Below, in pieces: positions 34,762 to 44,885 of a stretch of DNA of 64,000 bases (within the stretch, counting starts at the first letter, position 1; every line of letters starts with the position of its first letter). Below the pieces are notes generated by a model, which saw only the letters and a list, made by a program, of their open reading frames with translations, was not told the origin of the DNA and did no database searches. A program made the translations under genes and the position numbers. Source of the DNA: Thecamonas trahens ATCC 50062. Lineage: Eukaryota > Protista > Apusomonadida. The DNA lies in contig NW_013657639.1 in the NCBI RefSeq assembly GCF_000142905.1, forward strand, positions 57,246 to 121,245. Reading direction: 5' to 3'.

Positions 34762-37700
34762 ATGGCGTCCACACACCCGACGGGGACGGGCGGGCAGTCG
34801 CTGGACATCCGGGCGCAGAAGAAGAAGGTCTTCCTCCGCTGGGTCGTCCATTATGTGGCGCCGTATGGCATCACCGTCACTGATCTGGTGGAGGACATGC
34901 GGGATGGCACTGTGCTGCTGCTGCTGCTCAAGGTGTTGACCGGAAAGGACCCCACCCCAAATTGGAAGGCTCCCACAACACCAAAGGCTCCCAGACCGCC
35001 CGGCGAGGACGAGCCGCAGCTCGAGATGCAGAAGACCTCGTCGGGCGCTGCGCTGGCCATCAAGCGAGCTGATCGCATCACCAACGTCCACAACGGCCTA
35101 CTCTTCCTCTCCCGGAACGCCAAGGGCGTCTCGCTCTCGCATCTCTCGGCGGAAGACATTGTCAACGGCAAGATGAAGAGCATCTTTGATCTCGTCTACG
35201 AGCTTGTTCGCGAGTTTGAGCTGCGCAAGCTCCTCGGCGCCCGTCTTGCCGTCGGCGCCGACCTCGGCTCGCTCGAACACCAGTGCCAGGCCCTCATCCG
35301 TCTTGTGAGCGACACCCTCGCCCACTATGTCCACGTTGACCTCAACGCGTTTCCGCACGACTTTGCCGACGGCCTCTGCCTCGCCGCCCTCCTCCACGCC
35401 ACCGAGTACACCCTGATTGACTTGTACTCGATTGTCGTAGCCGCGCCGGGCGCTCCGCGTCGCGGCGAGGCCCTTCTCGACCACGCCATGGGCATCGCAC
35501 ACACCCTCGGTGTCCCGCGCCTCATCGACGCCTCGGACGCGACCTCGCTCTCGTCCGAGTGCTTCATCACCTACTTTGCCACCGCCCTCAACATCATGAA
35601 CGACCGCGCGCCGTCACCCGACGACCGTCCGCTCGCCCTCGCCCAGGTCCGCGAGCTTGTTGCAGAGAACTCCCGCCTCAAGGCCGCCGCCAAGGTCATC
35701 CAGGCCAAACTTGCCTCCGTCGACGACCACAAGCGCGAGCTCGCCGCAGAGTTTGATGAGGCCTCGGCTGAGAAAGACGCCACCGTTCGCGCCGCGCGCG
35801 CAGAGGTTGATGACCTCTCCACTCGCCTCAACGAGCTTCGCTCTCAGCTCGCTACCGCCGTCGCCGCCAACGCCCGCCTCCAGGCCTCGCTCGACACCCT
35901 GGTCCAGGACTCGTCCGCCGCCGCCGTTGCCTCGTCCGGCACCGCTGTCTCACCGCCCGAGGGCGTCGTTGCCCTTGTCGCCACCCGCATCTACGGCGCC
36001 TCGGCCCTCTGGGACGCTTCGCCCGAAGTCATGGTCGCCGCAGAGTCGCTCCTCCTGCGCTTGGTTCGCACCCTCCTCGTCGAGCGCTCGGGCTATGAAG
36101 TCTCGTGCTCCGACGGCTCGCTCCTTATCGCCTTTTCCTCTGCGCTCTCCGCCGTCGCCTTTTGCATGCGCGTCCAGATTGAGGCCATTGACCTGCCCTG
36201 GCCCGAGCGCCTCGCCTCGCTCCATCCCGACTTTGTCGCCACCGAGCAGTCGATGGACCGCTCCACTATTTTCCGCGGCCTCCGCCTCGGCATCGGCGTC
36301 CACGTCGGCCGCCCGACCCTCAAGTCGACCGCCGTCACCTCCTCAGGCGTCACCCGCGCCGTTTACGTCGGCGGTGATGTTACACTCACAAAGTGGCTCG
36401 CCCAGGCCGCTGCAGGCGGCCAAACTGTCCTCACCCACAAGGCATACGGCGCCGTCGCAAAATCACTTCACACTCTTGACCTCCGCGTCCACGAAGAGTC
36501 GCTCGGCAAGTTTGAGGTCTCGGGCGAGATCCAGGCCACCGGCCAGCTCTTCTCGCTCCTCCCTGAGTTCCTGGTCCACCGTCGCTTCCCCCAGCTCCGC
36601 CTCAAAGGTTCCGCCTCTGACGCCGCAGACGCGGCCAAGAACGCCCTCTCTGCCACAGAGCGCAAGTACCGCCTCCTGCAGGAACGCAACGCCGCGCTCA
36701 ACAACTCCCTCAAGACCCTCTCGGCGCAGGTCGGGTCGGCCAACGAGTATGCGCTCCGCCTCGCCTCCAAGCTCCGCTCCATCAACTCCAACTCGGGAAC
36801 CGACAAGGAGCTTGCCTCGCTCGTTGCAGAGCTCGACTCGGTCATGTCGCGCCAGGACAAGCTCTCGTCGCAGCTTGCCATGGCCTCGGCCGAGCGCGAT
36901 GTCCTCAACTACGAGCTGACCGAGGTCAAGGACACCCTCGTCTCGGAGCGTAACTCTATCGCCGCAGACATGGCCGCTCACGCCCGCAGTGACTTGGAGA
37001 CCGAGGCCGCCAGAGACGCAGACCCTGGAAGCGGCGGCTCGCACATGATGTACAACCACAACCCCAAGCTAGTCCAGCAAATCGAAGAGCTGCAGCTCTC
37101 GCTGCGCAAGGCCACCCGCGCCGCCGCCGCCAAGGAGATCGGCCTCAAAGAGCAGCTTCGCACCACCCGCAAGCAGCTCGAAGCAGCTCAAGAGTCCATC
37201 AGAGTCCTCGACTTTAAGCTCCAACACAACATCTACACAGATCCGGAAGAGGCTGTCCCGCTCGACGACGTGCTGAATGATTCCAATCTGCCCGAAAACT
37301 TTCCCCACCTGCCTGGCTCGGCAGCCTCGGGCGGCGGTGGGCCGGCCGGTACCTCGCTCTCGCCCCACGCCTCACGACACACCCGCCGCCACTCGGTCTC
37401 GCACGGCTCACAGTCAAGCATCGATTCGCCCACACATCGCTCAGAAACAGGCATTGCTGGCCTGCCCACCCTCCCGCGCATCGCCACAGAGTCGGACAAC
37501 GAACCAGCCGCCGTCCAGGTTGGCACCCGCCGTGCACACTCTGAAATCGAGTGGTCCAAGGAGCGCCTTGTCGAGCTCGCCCAGCAGAAAAAGGCCCGTG
37601 CCCACTCGCGCTCGCGCTCGCGATCGCGATCGCGATCGCCCACACGCTCCCCGCCAGGCTCGCTCGACAACTCGGCCGCTTCAGTCCGCCTCAACAAGTC

Positions 37701-38310
37701 GGCCGCTGGCGCCCTCGACGCGTCGCTCAGCAACGCCCGCGGCCTCGCCGGGCCGCCCAAGATCAACAAGCGCGTCCAGACCAAGCACCACGCCCGCGTC
37801 GCCGTCGCCAAAGTCCTCAACGTCATCTACACCCGCCCGCTGCAGGAGATGTACTCGACAAAGACCGAGCTCGCCCAGGGCCACGCCCTCGCTCTCCTCT
37901 ACGACACGCTCACCTCGGCGCTCTCCACCCTTTTGGCTCTCTTCCCTGGCACCATCGACTTTCTCTACTCGCTCAAGCTCTTTGTCGCCGCCCTCGACGA
38001 ACGCTACAAGTGGCTCCATACCGCACGCTCCGACGTCAAGTACGACGACATTGTCGACATTGTCCACGGCTTTTGTGAAGACATCGGTGTCCTCGCCGAC
38101 CCGGCCGTCGCCTCCAAGTTTAACTCATTCTTCCGCCCGCCTGAAGACCGCGACGCCACCGATCCAGTCACGCCAAAGTCGCCGCTCTCGCCGCTCTCGC
38201 CGCTCTCACCGCGGCTCGCTTCCACTCACCGCAAGTCGCTTGCTCCGCGCTCGCCAAACTCGCCCAACGCGCCACTCATTCCTCGCCGCCGCCGCTCGTC
38301 GCGCGCCTAG
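34762..38310 (+). CDS. Tandem CH (actinin-type actin-binding) + coiled coil + degenerate class III nucleotide cyclase + coiled coil
   Basis: AQKKKVFLRWV...VTDLVEDMRDGTVLLLLLKVL...LSAEDIVNGK (CH1); FPHDFADGLCLAALLH (CH2); PPEGVVALVAT...GYEV...FRGLRLGIGVHVG (cyclase fold). Confidence 0.85.
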   Translation: MASTHPTGTGGQSLDIRAQKKKVFLRWVVHYVAPYGITVTDLVEDMRDGTVLLLLLKVLTGKDPTPNWKAPTTPKAPRPPGEDEPQLEMQKTSSGAALAIKRADRITNVHNGLLFLSRNAKGVSLSHLSAEDIVNGKMKSIFDLVYELVREFELRKLLGARLAVGADLGSLEHQCQALIRLVSDTLAHYVHVDLNAFPHDFADGLCLAALLHATEYTLIDLYSIVVAAPGAPRRGEALLDHAMGIAHTLGVPRLIDASDATSLSSECFITYFATALNIMNDRAPSPDDRPLALAQVRELVAENSRLKAAAKVIQAKLASVDDHKRELAAEFDEASAEKDATVRAARAEVDDLSTRLNELRSQLATAVAANARLQASLDTLVQDSSAAAVASSGTAVSPPEGVVALVATRIYGASALWDASPEVMVAAESLLLRLVRTLLVERSGYEVSCSDGSLLIAFSSALSAVAFCMRVQIEAIDLPWPERLASLHPDFVATEQSMDRSTIFRGLRLGIGVHVGRPTLKSTAVTSSGVTRAVYVGGDVTLTKWLAQAAAGGQTVLTHKAYGAVAKSLHTLDLRVHEESLGKFEVSGEIQATGQLFSLLPEFLVHRRFPQLRLKGSASDAADAAKNALSATERKYRLLQERNAALNNSLKTLSAQVGSANEYALRLASKLRSINSNSGTDKELASLVAELDSVMSRQDKLSSQLAMASAERDVLNYELTEVKDTLVSERNSIAADMAAHARSDLETEAARDADPGSGGSHMMYNHNPKLVQQIEELQLSLRKATRAAAAKEIGLKEQLRTTRKQLEAAQESIRVLDFKLQHNIYTDPEEAVPLDDVLNDSNLPENFPHLPGSAASGGGGPAGTSLSPHASRHTRRHSVSHGSQSSIDSPTHRSETGIAGLPTLPRIATESDNEPAAVQVGTRRAHSEIEWSKERLVELAQQKKARAHSRSRSRSRSRSPTRSPPGSLDNSAASVRLNKSAAGALDASLSNARGLAGPPKINKRVQTKHHARVAVAKVLNVIYTRPLQEMYSTKTELAQGHALALLYDTLTSALSTLLALFPGTIDFLYSLKLFVAALDERYKWLHTARSDVKYDDIVDIVHGFCEDIGVLADPAVASKFNSFFRPPEDRDATDPVTPKSPLSPLSPLSPRLASTHRKSLAPRSPNSPNAPLIPRRRRSSRA

Positions 38311-41300
38311 CCTGCCGCCACGCACGCCACCGACTAAACGCCTTGCTGTCGAAGACCGCATCATCGCCGTCACTCACGATGCCTAGCTGCGTCAGTGCTT
38401 GCCATGACCCACACCTGGCTGCGCTCTCCGCCTCGTTGGCATCGGATGGCAGCTGCCGCGCAAACGCGCTCAGGCGTACATCCGCCTTCACCCGCTCCCA
38501 CCACGCCGCGTGATCGAGCTCGTCTGCGCCAAGCCATTCGCCAATCGACGCAAACGCCACTTGCTGTCGGCCTTCGACCTCGAGTGGATCCGGCCCGCCG
38601 CTAGCTGCCACAGCTGTCAGTGGTGTCTGTGCCCATGCCAGTCCCGCCAGCACGCGGCCCACCACCTTGGCATCAACAAGCCGGATGCTGGCATCCGACA
38701 CCGGCACTGCTCCCTGATCCTCCATCCCGTCCACAAGAGCCGAGAACCAGTCGCGCGCGTTGCCGCGCCCGCTGGCATAGTCCGGGCCGACCATTCCGAG
38801 TCGGACAATCGGGATCGTGAGCCGAAGCTCAGCCCGCGCCGCCACGCAAACCCGCTCTGCCGCCCACTTGGAGAGTGCGTAGCCGCCCTCGTCGCCACGT
38901 GGCCCGTCGGCAGGCACCGCGCTTGCCGAAGCCGTCGAAACGTGCACGACGTAGCTTGCCCCGATGGCTCGCGCCATCTCCAACACACGGCGCGTCCCAT
39001 GGACGTTGGCTTCGGCCAGCGCCGCGTAGGGATGGACGTGCGAGACCCATGCGCCGGCATGAATAACCGCCCTAATCCCGGCTCTGGTCATCACATCGAC
39101 GTCGACGCCGAGGCCTGCAAGCGTGAGATCGCCCATCACCATCTCGACGCCAGCAGGAAGTGCCTCGGTGGCAGCACTTGATTCTCGCACTATGGCAAAC
39201 ACTCGCACTTGCGAGCCGGTCGCGATGAGCGCGTCAATCACCGCACGCCCAACATGTCCGGTCGCGCCAGTCACCAGCACGCCGTCGCGATTGTCGCGGC
39301 TCGGACCTGGTTCACAATCAAGGGTGGCAAATGGGGTCGCTACGTCAGCAAGGACGGCAGTCGCCGTGTGAGCGGCACCGTTCGACACGCTGGGCGCGCC
39401 GCCACTTGCGAGCGAGTCGGCAACCTCCTGCAGCGACATGTCGCCCGCCAAAAAGCCCAGATCCTCCGCTGGCAGCTCGATACCCGCAGCTTTGAGCTTG
39501 GATGCCAGGCGGAGACCAGTGAGCGAGTCACCGCCCGCGCCCACAAACGAGTCGGTGAGTGCCACGCCCGAGAGCCCAAGCACGTCGGCGACCATGGCTC
39601 CAAGTGATGCCCGCGAGCACGCAGCGTCAATCGCGCCCTGGTACGCAGCTTGTAACGCCACGCGCGCCGGCTTGTGCGACGAGGTGAGGAGACCGTTGGC
39701 GACCGAAAACGGCTCCGTCTCGATGACAACCGCAAATGGGATCTCCTGTGGCGAGATGTTGCTGTTGTCCATGGCTGCAGCTCCAGCCAGAGCGGCGATG
39801 AGCGCATCGCACGCCGCAGCTTGCACACTCGCATCGGCTGCGCGGAAGTCGGCTGCACTCGTCAACTCGCTTCCATCGGGGAGGCGAAGCGGAAAGTGTG
39901 GGACGATGACCGCTGCCACCGAATCCTGCTGGGTACCAAACGAGCCCGAGGTGATGAAAACCTGGCGGAGTACGGCCGGAAGCGCCGAGAGGTAGGTGGC
40001 CTCGAGAGCGGCGGCGGCAACGAGGACGCCCGAGGTGAGCTTGAAGACCGACTTGATGCGATCAATGATGCGGATCTTGCGCGAGCCGCGCAGCTCGACA
40101 ATGTCGCCAGTGTGAAAGTAGCCATCGGCGTCCCAGGCATCGGCGTGCACCATGCCAGCGTCGCCGTAGTACGAGGTAATCATGAACCGTGGATCGCGGC
40201 TCTTGGCGAGGAACTCACCACGCGGGTACGGCACATCGTCGAGCGTGTACCCAAGCTCCGGCAGTGGACGGAGCTTATACATGATGTGCGAGTAGACAAT
40301 GCCGGCGTCGTTGGCGATGTTGCCGAGCTCGGTCGAGCCGTAGCCGTCGCTCACGATCGGCCCAAAGACAGCGCGTAGAAAGCCGAGGACTGCGTTGTCT
40401 GACTTGGCCCCACCACATCCAATCGACGTAAGCCGCGGGCCCAGCAGCGAGCCGTATGCCTCGATCATTTCCAATGCTATCCTCCACGCTTCGGCCTCGG
40501 CTGGAGGCATGTCATCCAGCGGGAGGGCGGCGACGGCCGAGGAGCGAAGCTCGGCCACTGCCGCTTCAGTGGCCGGAGGGGCGTAGCGCCACTCGGAGCG
40601 CGAATGCGACCACGCGGCGTCGATCGAGATCCGCGGGAGGCCTGCAGCGTCGAGTCGCGCAAACAGCTCGCGATGAAAGTCCGAGAAGATGGCGTTCCAG
40701 AACCGCGGCGTTGCCGAGATGGTCGACGGGCCGTAGGCGAGGATGTTCTCAAACAGCGTCTCTTTTGACGAGATGACGCCGACACGGCCGCCTGAGACTA
40801 GCGCGCAGTGAACGGCTTCGCGGTCCGAGATGTGTGCCAGTGGGTCCTTGGAGAGGACAACAAACGGATCATGTCGGGCGTGCATCGAGTCGAGCAGGAG
40901 CCGCGCCCAGAGTGTCTGTGAGAAAGGCGCGCCCTTGGGCACGCCTGTCGAGCCCGAGGTGTGGACGACAGTAACAAGCGAAGACTCCAGCTCGCCAGCC
41001 GCCACCTGCCGTGGCATCAGACGGACGTCGCTCTTGCCGTGGCCCGGGTGGTAGACCGCCGACATTGGGAGAAGAACCGGCGAGGCGTCGAGGCTGGTAA
41101 TGACAGCTGCAAGCCGTGGCAGCCGGGCATCGTCGACCACAAGCGCGTCAAACGCAATGGAGCCAAGAAGCGCAGCGAGAACTGCATCACGGGCATCGGT
41201 GTGGATGGGAAAGACGGTATGGGCTCGGAGGAGGCAGCCGAGATCCGCAATGAACCATGGGATCGAGTTGGCGCCGCAGATGCCGATCCGGAGCTGAGCT

Positions 41301-42167
41301 GTGGCGCGAGGCGCGAGACGCTCCTCAAGCGCGGCAGCAAAGTTAAGGGCCGCAGCGTAGACCTCAGCGTAAGTGAGAACCGAGCCCGGCGGGAGATAGA
41401 GTGGGTCACGATGGGCCATGAGACACGGCCGCGGGCCATAGCCGGCAAAGGCCAGGGCGAGGATGGCGGGAACACTCCGCTGCGCCTCGTCGGCCGTAGC
41501 CGTGCGGATGATAGCCTGGACCGAGATGCGTGAGAGAGTCACCTCAATGTACGCCGGTAGATCGAGGCCGGCGACAGGCAGATGGGCCGTGAGTGGCGTG
41601 ACCGCGGCGCACGCGGCGCACAGATCGTAGTCGGAGACGCAAGTGGCGTGGAAGCGAGCGGTGGGCTCGATGATGTCACAGCGGCAGCCATCGCATCGGA
41701 AGACCCTCAACTGTAGATCGTCAACCGAAGCTGTCGCCACCGGCAGCGGATGGGCGGCATCCTCCTCCTTGAGCGCGTCTAGCTTGGCCTGCAGCGCCTC
41801 CGCCCGTTTGAGCAGAACTGCCTGAGTTGGGCCGGGTCGGCTGCCTGCTGCGGAGCAGGCGTCATCCACAGGGCCATCGCCTTCATCGAGCTTTGCCAGT
41901 GTCCGCTTCAGCTGCTCTTGTAGCAGTGCCATGCGCATGGCGGCATGGGAGGTCCATGCGCTGGCTACTGTGTCGTGCATGGGGGGGGGGAGAGAGAGGA
42001 GGGGTGTGAGACACGAGGCACGAGGGGCGGGGGGGGAGGGGGGGGGGGGGGGGCAAGAGGGAAGGATTGGCCGATGGAAGTGGCGATGGGAATGGGAATG
42101 GGAATAGGCGTACATCCATGATGAGCTCGGCAGGGAGGGCAAGGAGAGAGGATGTGTGGGTGGTCAT
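38276..42167 (-). CDS. NRPS-like carboxylic acid reductase (adenylation-thiolation-reductase) with N-terminal F-box-like and ZZ-finger segments; exon 1 42167-42114, exon 2 from ~41968
   Basis: A domain HTSGSTGVPKG, DGYGSTE, YFHTGDIV, IIDRIKSVFKL; T domain FVGAGGDSL; R domain VLVTGATGHVG, YALSKWAAE. ZZ-like CDGC...RFH..C.SDYDLCAAC. Exon 1 reads SLLALPAELIMD followed by a GTACGC donor. Confidence 0.88.
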
Positions 42168-42479
42168 TGATGAGTACGTCGTGGTGAGTGGGGTCGGAGG
42201 GAGTGGAGGGTCAATGCTTGGTGCGGCGTGGCGAAGGACAAAGATGCACTCGTCGGCGAAAGAGAGAAGCTTGAGGCCGATCTGGGCAATGGCATTGGTA
42301 ACACGGACAGCCGAGTGCAGGGCGGTATTTCGCCTGGCCTATGGCGGCCATGGCAGCGCCGAGTGCATCGATCATGCTAGGCGCAAGGAGACCCCAGGGG
42401 GGTTGCTCCGGAATCAAGTGCAGGTTGAGACAAAATGGAAGGTGGCTTCCATGAGCGGGCAACTGGAGGGAGTGGTTTG

Positions 42480-43111
42480 TCATGCGGGGAGAGAATGGGG
42501 AGGGTAGGCAATGGCGACGTAGACAAAGTTGTCGGCGTAGGCCATGGAGTTGGTGAGATCGTGGAGGGTGACATCGGGATCGAGCTCGACGCCGTGGACA
42601 AGGACGATGGTGCCTGGCGGTTTGTCGGGGAGGAGGGCGTCGAGGGCGTTGCCGAGCGTGGTTAGCTCGCCCGTGGTCGGATGAATGGGGAGGATCAGGT
42701 CGGCCATGGTGGGCGTGTTGCGGAAAGCAAGGCGGAGCGGGACGTGCTTGAGCTTTGCGGGCGAGGCGACCGAGTCTGCCGAGAGGGTGCGGTTGACGGC
42801 CCAGTAGCGGTCGTAGTCGTGGGTGGCGACGGCTCGGAAGAGCTGGGCGTGGTTGGCCTTGGACATCAGCATGATGCCCTTGGACGAGCCGTGCTTGACG
42901 TACTCGGCCTCCTTGAGGCGGTTCATGTACCACGCCTTGACCTCCTCGGCCTCGACCATGGTTGTCATGTCCATCATGTTGGCGGTGTCGGCCTCGTCAT
43001 CTTCGGCATCGTGCGGAAAGTCGGTAAAGTGGACAACAAGCTCCCACACGCCGTCGACGCCTGCCGCGCCAGCACTACCACCAGTGGCGGCCTTGACTGC
43101 AGCCTCTGCCG
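42480..43111 (-). CDS. ATG5: Autophagy protein ATG5 (3' part; 5' part presumably in the gap)
   Basis: WELVVHFTDFP; YMNRLKEAEYVKHGSSK.IM.MSK..H.QL; KHVPLRL; TLGNAL..LLP; VHGVEL...TL..L...MAYADNFVYVAI. Confidence 0.92.
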
Positions 43112-43211
43112 NNNNNNNNNNNNNNNNNNNNNNNNNNNNNNNNNNNNNNNNNNNNNNNNNNNNNNNNNNNNNNNNNNNNNNNNNNNNNNNNNNNNNNNNN
43201 NNNNNNNNNNN
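43112..43211. other. Assembly gap (100 N)
   Basis: Run of N. Confidence 1.
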
Positions 43212-43244
<33 letters not shown>

Positions 43245-43606
43245 TTGCCAGCCCATTCCGTGGTATGTCGCCATGTGTTTACTATGTCACGCCAACATGA
43301 TCACCGATATTCATCCCGTCTCCCCCTTCTCCCTCCTCCTCCCCCTCCTCCACCCCATCCACACCAGAATCACACACAAAAACAACACCATCATATGCAG
43401 TATACTGTTACCCACATATCTATCTTCTTATCTCCCTTATACCAACACATATGCTCCCTTTGGCCCGAAGAGAGTAGACGGCACAAGCGGCGTATCAGCG
43501 GTGCGCGACAAGCGTCAGACGGTGAGCAGGGGAGGGGGGGGGGAGGGGGGGGGGAGGGGGGGGACGGGACAGGTGGGCACACCTCTCTACACCTCTCGGA
43601 CAAGCC

Positions 43607-44611
43607 ATGGCAGAGCAGCAGCTGCGGTTCCGGGGGACTGTCATTCGGGGCTTTGGGCGTGGGTCGAAGGAGCTGGGCTGTCCCACAGGTACGGAGTTTG
43701 GGGAAGGCAGTGACGGGTCGCATGGAGGGGAAGGGGAAGGTGGGTGGACTCATTGAGGGAAGGGGTATGGGGCATGGGTATGGGTATGGGTATGGGTATG
43801 GGGTATGGGCATGGGTTATGGTGATGGTGATGGTGATGGTGATGGTGATGGCGATGATGCTCAACGCATCGATGGCGGCATTGCTGGTGGCTAACGTATC
43901 GATGGCGGCATTGCTGGTGGCCAACGCATCGATGGCGGCATTGCTGGTGGCTAACGTATCGATGGCGGCATTGCTGGTGGCCAACGCATCGATGGCGGCA
44001 TTGCTGGTGGCCAACGCATCGATGGCGGCATTGCTGGTGGCCAACGCATCGATGGCGGCATTGCTGGTGGCTAACGTATCGATGGCGGCATTGCTGGTGG
44101 TGATGTTGCCGGGGGCATGCATGCGGCGTGTGGGCGACATGCGGGCCTCGGGGAAACAGCCAACCTCGACGTCAACTCGTTCCCCTGGCTCGACAACTGC
44201 GCCATCGGGGTTTACTACGGCTGGGCCTCAGTGCCGGCTGCTCGGCCCGGCGCGGTGCTACCGGCTGTTGTCTCGGTCGGGTATAACCCGCACTACGGGA
44301 ACACGACCAAGACGCTCGAGGTCCACATCATGGACGAGTTCGAATCTGACTTTTACGACTCGGTCCTCAACCTTGTCCTCGTCGGTTATATTCGGCCCAT
44401 GGAAAAGTACGACTCGCTCGACGCACTCATCGCAGCCATCGACGCCGACAAGGCTTTTGCTGCCGACAAGCTTGCCGGCGACGCCTGGGCCGAGCTCAAG
44501 GCCGATGCCTTCTTCTCCGCCACCGACGAGTCCGACGGCTGGCAGGAAGCCAATCCTGACGAGCCCGTTTTTGCCGCTCCGCCTGCCACCGCTGCCGAGA
44601 CATCATCATGA
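43607..44611 (+). CDS. RFK: Riboflavin kinase; exons 43607-43688 and 44160-44611
   Basis: Spliced [30 protein letters not shown]...GVYYGWA...SVGYNPHY.N..KTLEVHI...DFY...GYIRPM..YDSLDALI.AI..D. Intron is GTACGG..CAG. Confidence 0.96.
43861..44100. repeat. 30-bp tandem repeat x8 inside the RFK intron
   Basis: Unit C(C/T)AACG(C/T)ATCGATGGCGGCATTGCTGGTGG. Confidence 0.97.
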
Positions 44612-44885
44612 CCATCCCCCGCCTGCGGCCTTCGAATGGGGCGTCTCCGCCGAGTTTCCGGCTGCAGCACGCACCCCCGCCCGCCGCTGCGCCGCGCCGC
44701 CGCGCCGTCACGCATCCGATCGTAGCCATAGCCCCCCATCGATCATCACATACAGGCACACAGCCATCCCCTTCCCCCTCTCCCTGACCCCAACTTGGCC
44801 ATCGGCCGCCTGTCCGCCCACAGCCGCCAGGTTGTCGGCAGCGTGCCAGGAGACGGGACAGCTGACTCGAAAGGGGACGGAGGCC

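Noticed and set aside
43861-44100. 30-bp repeats as a CRISPR array
   Set aside because: Head-to-tail with no spacers, located inside a spliceosomal intron, and no cas genes nearby.
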